From contig DAOUGD010000123.1 in NCBI GenBank assembly GCA_034429475.1, forward strand, positions 6,934 to 70,933: a DNA stretch of 64,000 nt, written 5' to 3'. The translations under genes were made by a program, and so were the position numbers. Origin of the DNA: Anaerolineae bacterium (GTDB lineage: Bacteria > Chloroflexota > Anaerolineae > B4-G1 > SLSP01). Below are positions 19,404 through 28,110 of the stretch, one piece after another. The first letter of the stretch is position 1, and each line of letters begins with the position of its first letter. The notes beneath the pieces are model-generated. The model was given only the letters and a program-made list of their open reading frames with translations, was not told the DNA's origin and did no database searches.

Positions 19404-20633
19404 ATCAATGTCATTAAGTTAACGGGCCGACTTGTAGCACATTGAGAAGCGCTTGCGTCGCGCCCCTTTCCGGCGGGGGAACTTCCGCCCGGGGCGTACC
19501 GGTTCGGTGGTGTGAATCATAGCTTGCCAGAGTGCTTCCAACAGGTCACTGATTAGGCTACGCTGCAAGAGCAACACAACAGTGTCTTTCAAGATGGCCA
19601 AAGCATAGGCGCAGTTGACGCGATAGGCGTAGCATTTCGTTTGGCTCTGCTGCGTGACCTGCGTTTGGGCGGGCTGTGTCAAGATCACGGTGAGATTGGT
19701 GGTGAAGAGCGTGGCATAGAAGTCCTGCTGGACAGCGAGGGTGGACTTGCCCGACCAATTCTCGACCTCCACGCGGAGTTTGATGACCTTGTAGTCTTCT
19801 TCCACCGGCCAGCGCTGGTGGTAGAGTTCTTTGAAAAGGGCAAGGGGATAGGTGGCATTATCCAACACCGAGGTCGCCCCATTGTCCGAGGGGCATCCGG
19901 GCGCAGAAGTGCGCCCCGGTGCTGAGGATCAGCACGAACAACCAAAAGGCCGGATAGCCCCGATCCAAGAGCAGCAGGTCGCCGGGCTGGATATGTGCCA
20001 GGTGGTGGGCCGCGCATTCCCGTTCATCGCGTGTCTTGGGGCTGATCCAGGTGTCCAGCGTCAGTTGGTTCAACACGTCGAACAACTGCGAGACCCGCGC
20101 CAACGGTTTGTCGCCCCAGAGGCCGAAGTGCGCGATAATATCGGCGGTGACGGGTAATTCCGCCGTCGAGCCATCCATTCCCAACAACCGTCAGCCATGC
20201 CCGGTCTGGTAAGGAAAGTGCTGATAGAAATACGGTATTTGCACCGTGTTCAGTTCCACAAAGGCGCTGGCCCGCAGTTTCTGACGCGCCTGACAGAAGG
20301 CGCTCTTCGTGACGATCCGTTCTGCCACCACGGCGTGGCGGTCCAGGTTGAAGTAGGCGTCCAGTTCATCCTGGAGCGCCTGTTTGACCAGATTCACCAG
20401 GAACAGCACCACCAGCACAAACGGCAACGCTCGCTGGCGCGTGAACGCGCTCGGGGACTGGCGATGGCGCTCCATAAACGCCCTACTTCCCAAACGGCTC
20501 TGCAAGGTCGTGAGCAAATCGGCACACAAGGTTTGGGTATCTACGGACATAGTTATCCTCCTGGAATCAGCACTCATACGGAGGACATGATATCCCATTT
20601 GCATTCGTCTATCCTTAACTTAATGACATTGAT
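19404..20633 (-). mobile_element. IS4-family-like insertion sequence (1230 bp) with perfect 19-bp terminal inverted repeats ATCAATGTCATTAAGTTAA
   Basis: IR-L 19404-19422 and IR-R 20615-20633 are exact reverse complements; transposase lies between them. Confidence 0.7.
19419..20550 (-). pseudogene. DDE transposase (IS4 family, Y-x2-R-x3-E-x6-K signature YHQRWPVEEDYKVIK), inactivated
   Basis: Three collinear ORF pieces (20191..20604, 19858..20187, 19419..19868); in-frame TGA at 20191-20193 and a frameshift near 19858-19868; ATG 20550 preceded by GGAGGA. Confidence 0.7.
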
Positions 20634-20810
20634 GGCATCCTGTCTACTCAAGAGATCGCCAAGCGGATTCCGCAGCTTTCTGGTCAGCAACTCAGTAAGG
20701 AGGAATTAAGTGCCGAAGCGCTGGCCCTGGCGCAGTTCATTATTGAAGAGTTAAGGAAGGAGAAATAAAAAAATGTCCGATCTATTGTATTTAGACAATA
20801 AAATCAGACA

Positions 20811-20849
20811 TTTTTTATGTGTCGGGGCAGAGCGATTTGAACGCTCGAC
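20811..20849 (-). other. tRNA 3-prime fragment (variable region + T-arm GAGCG-TTCAAAT-CGCTC + acceptor 3-prime strand TGCCCCG-A) with no 5-prime half; putative att-site remnant
   Basis: Reverse complement reads CATTGAAGAGGTCGAGCGTTCAAATCGCTCTGCCCCGACA; no CGGGGCA partner for the acceptor stem within 100 nt. Confidence 0.5.
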
Positions 20850-20994
20850 CTCTTCAATGTCCGGGCATGTTAGCTCATCCTACATAGATTTTCCCCTATT
20901 CCCTCACCTAGTATATAACCATTCCGACGCGCCGCAACAGGCTTAGCAGGTCTGTCGCGGCGCTATTTTGTATTTCATCCTATGGAGGTTTCCA

Positions 20995-21285
20995 ATGAAT
21001 GTAACCAATCCTAATCCCCACACGCATATTGTTTTTCGCGGCGACCGCTTGCGCGCGTTGCGTCAACAACTGCATATCTCAGTGGATCGCATTGCCCGCG
21101 CTACCGAGTTGACCACTCACCACATCTATCGCCTGGAACACAACGACCGCTTCAAAGTATGAGGCATCACAATTGCCAAATTAGCCCTGGCCCTCAACAC
21201 CAGTTGTGATTACCTCCTCAATCTTACCGACGACCCGCGCCCCCACAACACTCCTATGCCCATAGAGACTACACTCGACCTATGA
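20995..21285 (+). pseudogene. XRE-family HTH regulator interrupted by an in-frame TGA (21160-21162)
   Basis: MNVTNPNPHTHIVFRGDRLRALRQQLHISVDRIARATELTTHHIYRLEHNDRFKV*GITIAKLALALNTSCDYLLNLTDD. The conserved HTH C-terminal half continues in frame after the stop. RBS GGAGG before ATG 20995. Confidence 0.55.
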
Positions 21286-21434
21286 CCCTACCATCAGCGG
21301 ACCACTCTCTATGGGATACCGCCGGTACGGCATCGCGACGAAGAAATATATCTTCTAATGAAAACTCCGCAATGCTATGAGAGAAACCCATGGCCACATC
21401 CTGCCCCTGGTCACCGCCACCGGGAGGCCTAGCC

Positions 21435-21869
21435 ATGATGCCATTCGATCTGCGTCAATACTGCGACCTGAGCGACAGTGACTTGGCAGTATTACTCAAT
21501 CCTGGCAGTGCCTCGGCAGCGCAACGCCTGGTACTTAGCCAGGAAGGATGGCTCGAATTACCCACCTTGGCCCTGACTGCCGCTGGCGCACAACTCCGGA
21601 CACGAGCGCTCCGGTTGATACAGCGCGAGGAAACCTTACCACAACCGCTAAGCCTGCCCGACTTACCACATGGTAGCCTCTCAACCCAGGTCGCTTGCCT
21701 GCGCTATGTCGCAACCCATCCGGGCGCGGCCTGGCGGTATCTGACCCAGTTGTTTGGCCGCGAGGTGGTGGAACAGTGTCATCACGCCGGTTGGTTGACC
21801 GGTGAATTACGCCGGGGTGCGCCGCAGGAATTGACGCAGTTGGGTATCCGGTACGTGCAGGGAAACTGA
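21435..21869 (+). CDS. hypothetical protein (island)
   Basis: ATG preceded by GGGAGG; protein-like composition; no recognisable motif. Confidence 0.45.
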   Translation: MMPFDLRQYCDLSDSDLAVLLNPGSASAAQRLVLSQEGWLELPTLALTAAGAQLRTRALRLIQREETLPQPLSLPDLPHGSLSTQVACLRYVATHPGAAWRYLTQLFGREVVEQCHHAGWLTGELRRGAPQELTQLGIRYVQGN

Positions 21870-21880
21870 GGAGGAGCGCT

Positions 21881-23524
21881 ATGGACACCGTCGAATCACT
21901 CAAGGATCGCCGTCGCATGTATTTGAGCGCCGCGCGGGAAAAGCTGTGCTTGTTGGCTCGCGCCGCCCTGAACGTCACATTGGACCCAATCAGGGATGTC
22001 CGCCTCATCGCCGGGCCACGAGCCGGGGCGCTACTGATTGACGCCGGGGTGGCGGGGGGCGCCCTCATGAACTATCTCCGCGCCGACGAGTGCGCGAACG
22101 CGCGCCAGATTGTGCGGTGGGAATTCACCGGGGACCCCACCGTCGGGATGGATGGAGTGTACGTGCGCCTGGAAGCCAATTGGCCCGCCGACCTGGCCGA
22201 TACCGCGATTGAACTCCGGGCCGTCAGCCGGCATCCCCTGGGTTACGGACGCTGGATCGCCGCGCAGAACGAAAACGGCGTCACTATCAACGGCATTTTC
22301 GATGACCAGACCCCCCATTGGTTGATCGGCGGCACGTCGGGGTCGGGCAAGACTACCGCGATCCTGTCGTTGGTCTACCAGTTGTCGCGCAGGGTTTCCC
22401 CGAAGACCCGCCGGGAGCGGGAACAAAAAGAACGCGACCACGAAGCGGAAATGGCTAAAAAGCACGGGCGCGCGCCCCGGGAGATTGTTCCGGAAAACCC
22501 AGATACCCGGTTAGTCCTGATTGATGGGCGCAACGGCGCCGGCCTGGCGGTGCTACAGAGGTTACCCCACCTGGTCGGCCCCCTGGCCACCGACATTGAC
22601 AGCGCCACACTGGCTCTGGCCTGGGTAGACGCGGAGATCGACCGGCGTAATCGTCTCATCGTAGCGCAGGGCGCGGCTGCGGTACGGGCGCTGCCCCGGA
22701 TTGTCGTGGTCATTGATGAATTTCAAGAGCTGTTTCAGGATCCGACCGTGCGGGAACTGGCCCGGAAGGGGTTAGCCACCGGGCGGGCCGTCCGGGTCAG
22801 CTTTGTACTGGCAACCCAAAGTCCCGCGATGGCCGCGTTCGGCGACGACACGTCGATGCGGCGGAACCTGAGTGGGCGGATCGCCTTGCGCGTTACCGAT
22901 GGTGATGCCAGTCGGGTCGTAATGGGCAACTCCGACTTCCACGCCGAACGGTTGGCGGGGCAGGGCGACTGCTACATCCTCACCCCGGAACGCACGCAGC
23001 GCGCGCAAATCTGCTACCTGGATCCGGAAGACATCGCGGAGGAACCGCAGTATGAACCAGAACTGGCCGAGTGGCCAGAACCGGCGCAAACCCTGCCTGG
23101 CCAAAGCCAGATGACCAACTACGCCTTCTCCGGGACGGAACTGGCCCACGCGCTCCACGCTGTTACGCAAGGCTGGGGGCGCAATCGGCTGGGAGATACA
23201 ATGGTTGCCGCCGGTCTGGGTCGTCCAGGGGGAGCGCGGGGGCCGCGGTTACTCAAGGTGGGACGTGAACTGCAAGACACCCTGGAAACGTTGGGGCTGA
23301 TCGTCGTAGTCGCCCCGACCACAGACTCCGACCTGGAGGCCGCAGACCCTGAGCAGGAGGCCGTAGATTCCGCGCCGGAAACCGCCAGGACCGAGCCAGT
23401 CCCGGCATTTTCCCCGACGGACGGGGAATGGGCCGAGATAGATCCTGACCGGGTCACCCCTACACCGCGCCGCGGGCGCGCCAGTGGGAAGCGCCGGGGC
23501 AATGGCAATGGGGGGCAACCGTGA
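21881..23524 (+). CDS. FtsK/SpoIIIE-family DNA translocase (TraB/TraSA-like conjugative transfer ATPase)
   Basis: Walker A GGTSGSGKTTAIL; Walker B VVVIDEFQELF; C-terminal Pro/Arg-rich tail. Confidence 0.85.
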   Translation: MDTVESLKDRRRMYLSAAREKLCLLARAALNVTLDPIRDVRLIAGPRAGALLIDAGVAGGALMNYLRADECANARQIVRWEFTGDPTVGMDGVYVRLEANWPADLADTAIELRAVSRHPLGYGRWIAAQNENGVTINGIFDDQTPHWLIGGTSGSGKTTAILSLVYQLSRRVSPKTRREREQKERDHEAEMAKKHGRAPREIVPENPDTRLVLIDGRNGAGLAVLQRLPHLVGPLATDIDSATLALAWVDAEIDRRNRLIVAQGAAAVRALPRIVVVIDEFQELFQDPTVRELARKGLATGRAVRVSFVLATQSPAMAAFGDDTSMRRNLSGRIALRVTDGDASRVVMGNSDFHAERLAGQGDCYILTPERTQRAQICYLDPEDIAEEPQYEPELAEWPEPAQTLPGQSQMTNYAFSGTELAHALHAVTQGWGRNRLGDTMVAAGLGRPGGARGPRLLKVGRELQDTLETLGLIVVVAPTTDSDLEAADPEQEAVDSAPETARTEPVPAFSPTDGEWAEIDPDRVTPTPRRGRASGKRRGNGNGGQP

Positions 23525-23775
23525 CTGTCGTTTTGGCGCTGGGATTAGCCGTAACGGCGTTTGGGTCCGGGCTGCTGCTCGCGCTGGGCGCCACCGTAGT
23601 GCTCCCCAGGACGATCAACATTCGGGAATCCCGGCACAGCCTGAGCCTGATCCTCGCCGCGATCTTCTGCGGACTGCTGTTGGGGGCGCAGGTGCGTGAC
23701 CCGGAAATCTGGGCCGTGACCGTGTTGATCTTAGGGGGCTTCTTTAGTTATTTAGAACAATATGCTCGTCATTAA
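23521..23775 (+). CDS. small membrane protein (GTG start overlapping the FtsK-like stop)
   Basis: 84 aa, two TM helices; translational coupling (ccGTGActg). Confidence 0.5.
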   Translation: MTVVLALGLAVTAFGSGLLLALGATVVLPRTINIRESRHSLSLILAAIFCGLLLGAQVRDPEIWAVTVLILGGFFSYLEQYARH

Positions 23776-23776
23776 C

Positions 23777-23874
23777 TGCCTGCCTGCCTGCCTACCTGGG
23801 GTGGCCCCGGCACGGGCGGAATTTTCCGGGCATTCCGGGGCGACGGGGGCACAGACAGGGTAGGCAGGCAGGCA
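23777..23874. repeat. long inverted repeat: 17-19-bp arms CTGCCTGCCTGCCTACCTGG / CAGGGTAGGCAGGCAGGCA enclosing about 60 bp with nested palindromes
   Basis: Arms are reverse complements (one mismatch); inner sequence has GCCCCG...CGGGGC and GGAAT...ATTCC sub-palindromes. Confidence 0.65.
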
Positions 23875-23896
23875 CAAACACTGCAAGGAGGGGTCA

Positions 23897-24382
23897 ATGA
23901 CTAAGAAAGGTAGTCCACACAAAACCGTCACAACCTACGCCACGCCCGCACCGACCGGAGATGAACTCCGCCAGCGCCTAATCCTCATCGGCGTCGGACT
24001 GGCCGGCGCGCTGACGCTCGCCCTGTTAGGGGGCATCGTCTACTGGCTCTTCACGGCCACTCTGAGTACGCTGCGCTGGTGGGCGGGATTGGCGACTGTC
24101 GGGGCCGCGCTGCTCCCCTTCCTGGGATATTTTCTGGGGACATCTACCAGCCGGGCGCATCAGGAAGGCTTGGCCGCCGGGGTACAAACTGCTCAGGATA
24201 TTATGCAGACCGGCGTCGCCACCACTATGCGGGCCGCGGCCGACACGGCGGAGGTCCGGATCACGACCGCGCACGCCTTACGCCCGCCCGCCGCTGCCGG
24301 CAAGCTGACGCTGGATGAGTTAAATCGGCTTGTCCGCACCTTGCCGTCAACCACGGCGGACGGAGAACGCTATCAGGGATAG
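23897..24382 (+). CDS. membrane protein (island; Spd-like candidate)
   Basis: MTKK start after AAGGAGGGG; two TM helices then an Ala-rich soluble part. Confidence 0.5.
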   Translation: MTKKGSPHKTVTTYATPAPTGDELRQRLILIGVGLAGALTLALLGGIVYWLFTATLSTLRWWAGLATVGAALLPFLGYFLGTSTSRAHQEGLAAGVQTAQDIMQTGVATTMRAAADTAEVRITTAHALRPPAAAGKLTLDELNRLVRTLPSTTADGERYQG

Positions 24383-24399
24383 ATCAAGGAGAAAAGACC

Positions 24400-24987
24400 A
24401 TGACTAAGAAATCGCTGATTCAGTCCATTACTTCAAGGCCGGCGTCTAGCGAGGGAGGCCGTCCTGGTGACCAAACTATGACCTGGCAGGTGTCCGCCCC
24501 CGCCGTGCTGGCCGTAGCACAACCGGCCACCGTCCCAGCTCTGACGCGCCCGGAGTTGTTGACCTGGCTGTACACGGCGCCAGCCCGCCGATCAGATACC
24601 ACGCTGGCTGCCGACCTGGATACAGGCCTGGTGACGATTCTCGTGGCGCACACTCTGCAATACCCTGTGACCTGGGCCGAGCCAATGGGCCAGGTGGGCC
24701 GCTTTGTGCAGGCCGCCTACCAGCAACGGGACTACCCCGATCCGGACTTGATCGTGGCGCTGACCACGGACGCCACAGCGTTTCAAGCCGCGATGCGCCG
24801 CTTCCAGATGGTACGTCTGAAGCCACACCGGGGTTGGGGTAAGTGGTATCAAGCCATAATGGCCGCCGCCCGCGACCTGGTCGCCCCCTTGCAGGCGCTG
24901 CGCCCCACAGCGGACGAAGCCCGGTTTGTGCTGCGGTGGGCGGCTCTGGTCGCAGCCACTGGCAGCCAGTACGGCGTGGTGGAATAG
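24400..24987 (+). CDS. hypothetical protein (island)
   Basis: MTKK start with AAGGAG RBS; protein-like composition. Confidence 0.5.
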   Translation: MTKKSLIQSITSRPASSEGGRPGDQTMTWQVSAPAVLAVAQPATVPALTRPELLTWLYTAPARRSDTTLAADLDTGLVTILVAHTLQYPVTWAEPMGQVGRFVQAAYQQRDYPDPDLIVALTTDATAFQAAMRRFQMVRLKPHRGWGKWYQAIMAAARDLVAPLQALRPTADEARFVLRWAALVAATGSQYGVVE

Positions 24988-24997
24988 GGGCGGAGCG

Positions 24998-25300
24998 ATG
25001 AAACGCATGGTGGGGATCATGGGGGCGCTGACCTGGATTGGCGTCTTCTTCGCCCTGGCGGTGGGCAACGCCGCCGGCGATGACATCGCCGCCGCGCTCA
25101 ATCGGCTGGCCGACGCCTGGCAACCCACACCTACCCCAACACCCATGCGGGTAGTGACCATGAGCGTAAGCCACGCCGCCGGCGACTCGCCGGTGCTGGT
25201 CTTTCTGGTCCTGGCCGGGCTGTTGCTCGGTGGGATCGGCCTGTGCGTGTGGCTCCGGCGGCGCGCCCACCCCCACTTACTCCCGGAGGAAACCGCGTGA
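24998..25300 (+). CDS. small secreted/membrane protein with PTPTPTP linker
   Basis: Signal-like N-terminus MKRMVGIMGALTWIGVFFALAVGNAAG and C-terminal TM. Confidence 0.5.
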   Translation: MKRMVGIMGALTWIGVFFALAVGNAAGDDIAAALNRLADAWQPTPTPTPMRVVTMSVSHAAGDSPVLVFLVLAGLLLGGIGLCVWLRRRAHPHLLPEETA

Positions 25301-25499
25301 ACGCGGCCATCGGGATTTCAATCGTCGAGGGCGCGGCGCTGTGGGATATGCCCCAGCCTGCTGCGTCACTGGCTCAAACAAGGCGTGATTCCCAGCGATT
25401 GGCTGGGGAATAAGGTTGTGTAGTTGACGCTGGCCGCACTGGTCACGCTCAGTAAATGGAAATGGTAAGGTTATTCAACCAGAAACGGAGGACGCACTG

Positions 25500-26735
25500 A
25501 TGGATGCTAATTTGGTCACGACACCGACAATGAACACCGACACCCAGCCCCAGTTCCAGGTCGTGGGCCTGGACGAAGGCGCGGGCGCCGTCAAAATCTA
25601 CACCGCATTCGGCGCAACGGAGTTTAACTCCCAGATCGCCCACAACGGGACGGACGCGCCGGGCGCGGTCGCCGGGCTGGAAACCCTGACCCCGCCCCTG
25701 CAAATCACCTTCACCGGCGGCACGTTCTACACCGGTCCCGGCGCGCACGCCTGGGGCCGCCCGGTGGAGAACCTGGACTTCGGCCGCTTCGCCGGCAGCC
25801 CGGAGATGGCGGCCATCCTCTACGGGGCCTTTACCCGCCATGTCGAAACCTATGGTACACTCGCCCCACTACGGCTCAAGGTCGGCCTGCCGCAGCAGGC
25901 GTTGGCCGGCGAGGCGGGCAAGGAAATCATCCCCGGCGTGAAAAGTTGGCTGACCGGCGCCCATCAGTGGGCGGCGCAGAACGGCCACGTCCCACCCGCG
26001 GCGCGTGCAGCGGCGCGCGAGCACCTGGAACGCTTCGCGGCAACCGCCAGCAAGGACGATCTCATTGCCCGTGCTGCGCAAGAAGGACTGACGCTGGCCC
26101 GCTCCTGGCACAAGGCCCAGATGGTGGACGCCATGCTGGACAATGCCGATCTCGTTGTCAGTTTTGGCGGCGGTACGCTCCACACGGATTACAGCCTGGA
26201 GGTGCGCGATGTGCAGGTGACCTCACAGCCGGTGGGGGCGTGGTTCGACTTCCTGTTGGACGAGGCCGGCAGTTTCCTCCCGGCGCGCAAGCCGCTGTAC
26301 GCCCAGGAAATCGGCGTCATCTCCATCGGTATGAGCACCGTGGAACTGTTGGTCGTACAGCAGGGCAAGGCCAGCCCCCGGTTCACCCGCGGCGAGACTG
26401 AAGGCGTGCAGCGACTGTTGGCCCTGGCGAATCCCCGCAATCACTACTCCCGCGGCGAGATGGACGCCCGGCTGCGCAGCGGAGCGCTCAACACCGAACT
26501 GCCCACCTTGTTGCCGATGTGGTGGCCGGACATCAACGGCCTGATCAATCAGGTATGGGAAAGCACCTGGGAGCGGTTTGGCGCAGTGATCATCGTCGGC
26601 GGTGGGGCGATCTTGTTGGGCGACTACCTGCGGCGCAAGTTCCGCGAGAAGGCCGTCATCCCAGATAGCCCCGTGCTGGCCGTGGCGCGGGGGCTGTACA
26701 AGTTCGGCGTGATGCAGACGCGGCAGGGGAAATGA
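25500..26735 (+). CDS. ParM/StbA-like actin-fold ATPase (plasmid segregation protein)
   Basis: Phosphate-1 like VVGLDEGAGAVKIY and a second phosphate loop ISIGMSTVELLVV; 411 aa. Confidence 0.6.
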   Translation: MDANLVTTPTMNTDTQPQFQVVGLDEGAGAVKIYTAFGATEFNSQIAHNGTDAPGAVAGLETLTPPLQITFTGGTFYTGPGAHAWGRPVENLDFGRFAGSPEMAAILYGAFTRHVETYGTLAPLRLKVGLPQQALAGEAGKEIIPGVKSWLTGAHQWAAQNGHVPPAARAAAREHLERFAATASKDDLIARAAQEGLTLARSWHKAQMVDAMLDNADLVVSFGGGTLHTDYSLEVRDVQVTSQPVGAWFDFLLDEAGSFLPARKPLYAQEIGVISIGMSTVELLVVQQGKASPRFTRGETEGVQRLLALANPRNHYSRGEMDARLRSGALNTELPTLLPMWWPDINGLINQVWESTWERFGAVIIVGGGAILLGDYLRRKFREKAVIPDSPVLAVARGLYKFGVMQTRQGK

Positions 26736-26740
26736 GCGTG

Positions 26741-26789
26741 AATTCTTTGACGTAAAGAATTATCGCTAAATTCTTTACGTCAAAGAATT
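26741..26789. promoter_or_regulatory. two inverted copies of a 21-bp near-palindrome AATTCTTTGACGTAAAGAATT / AATTCTTTACGTCAAAGAATT (centromere-like or operator site)
   Basis: Copies at 26741-26761 and 26769-26789 are exact reverse complements. They lie between the parM-like stop and the next small gene. Confidence 0.65.
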
Positions 26790-26809
26790 TCCGACCTTTG
26801 AGGTGCAAG

Positions 26810-27049
26810 ATGGCGCGTATTTCTAAAACTGAACGCCCCCAGCGCATCAATGTCTCTTTGTTGCTCTATCCGAGTCGGCATCAGGCCGTGATGGATTATC
26901 TGGGCCGCGCGGATGGCCTGAGCCGCGCGGCCAAAGTCATCAACGCCATCACGGTCGCCCTTACCGGCGGCGCGCTCGCCACCTCCCAGGAGGTGTCTCC
27001 GGATGAAGTCGCCACCATGTTGGCCGATATGGAAGGCTTGTTTAGTTAG
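26810..27049 (+). CDS. small protein downstream of the ParM-like gene (candidate ParR-type adaptor / DNA-binding protein)
   Basis: MARISKTERPQRINVSLLLYP... 80 aa; position analogous to parR; no motif proof. Confidence 0.45.
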   Translation: MARISKTERPQRINVSLLLYPSRHQAVMDYLGRADGLSRAAKVINAITVALTGGALATSQEVSPDEVATMLADMEGLFS

Positions 27050-27236
27050 TCTGACGGGGAGTCCCGCGTTTTCCAGGAGAACATTGATGACGCCCATTAC
27101 CTTTGCACACTACGCGGCCCTGGTCTCACCGGCCGACGCCCTGGCTGGCGTCCTCCGTCCAGGATGTCGGCCGGTGAAGCCCGCGCCGCGCCGGTGGCTG
27201 TTGTTCCCATTAATCTTTCACCAACAAGGAGAGCCG

Positions 27237-27578
27237 ATGTCAACATATCTCGATCAACTCACCCGGCGGCTGGCGGATCTATCCGCTATCAGCGCCATTC
27301 ACGGCGCAGAAAACACCGTTAGTTTCACCAGTCAGGGACAGGTCTGGCAACTCGTGGGCGACCCGGACAACGACTGTATCCACTTGCTCCAAGCGGACGG
27401 GGGCGAAAAACTGTCCTGGTCCTGGACGCAGTACGTGGCGCTGCCGGTAGATGTGCTGCTCATAGACCTGCTGCCAGCGTTGGGGTTGGCTAGTCTGACC
27501 TCTGTGCTGCAAATCGCAGACGGTCTTTTAGGTCAGCGCCGGGGGGAGCAGCGGTCGGCGCAACCCCTTTGGAGGTAG
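27237..27578 (+). CDS. hypothetical protein (island)
   Basis: ATG preceded by AAGGAGAG; the longer ORF in the track has an Arg/Pro-rich N-extension. Confidence 0.45.
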   Translation: MSTYLDQLTRRLADLSAISAIHGAENTVSFTSQGQVWQLVGDPDNDCIHLLQADGGEKLSWSWTQYVALPVDVLLIDLLPALGLASLTSVLQIADGLLGQRRGEQRSAQPLWR

Positions 27579-27585
27579 GTAACCG

Positions 27586-27981
27586 ATGCACAGTCAACCA
27601 CAGCCCATAAAAATCACCTTTACCGTGCCGCCAGAAATGGCGCGCATCTTAACGGAGCTGGTGAGTGCGCCCGCGCGCCAGCAACGCCATTTGGCCGAAG
27701 TGTTGATCGCCGAAGCCATGCAGCTCAACCAGGTCGCGGAAAAGTGCCGCGAAGCCACCGCCCCAAACAACCTGGATAACCCCCAGCAGCTAGCTTCTGT
27801 GCTCGAACAGCAGTCAGAATGGCTAACCCATTTAGCGCGCTGGCTATGGAATGTTAGTCAAGGCAGCAATGTCGCGGCTGAGGACTATCAAAACTCTGCC
27901 CCTATCCCGCTGGCAGTCAATGTGCAGCGCGAGTTAGATCGGGGACAAGCGGCGGGAGCTACCCGCGATGGCGACCAATAA
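27586..27981 (+). CDS. hypothetical protein (island), possible RHH-like N-terminus
   Basis: GGAGG RBS; IKITFTVPPEMARILTEL. Confidence 0.45.
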   Translation: MHSQPQPIKITFTVPPEMARILTELVSAPARQQRHLAEVLIAEAMQLNQVAEKCREATAPNNLDNPQQLASVLEQQSEWLTHLARWLWNVSQGSNVAAEDYQNSAPIPLAVNVQRELDRGQAAGATRDGDQ

Positions 27982-28110
27982 CCCCGCCGTAAGGCGGACC
28001 CTGGCCGCGCCGGCGGTCGCCGATGCGTAGCCGTTCCTCTCAACCGGGGGGCTACCGCGGCGCTCGGCGCTGGGCTACCTGGGGGGGCGAGTTAGGGAAA
28101 GGAACTCAGG

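Noticed and set aside
20811-20900. Complete tRNA gene at the T-arm-like sequence
   Set aside because: The 5-prime acceptor strand complementary to TGCCCCG is absent. The upstream 50 nt cannot form D or anticodon arms. Treated as a fragment.
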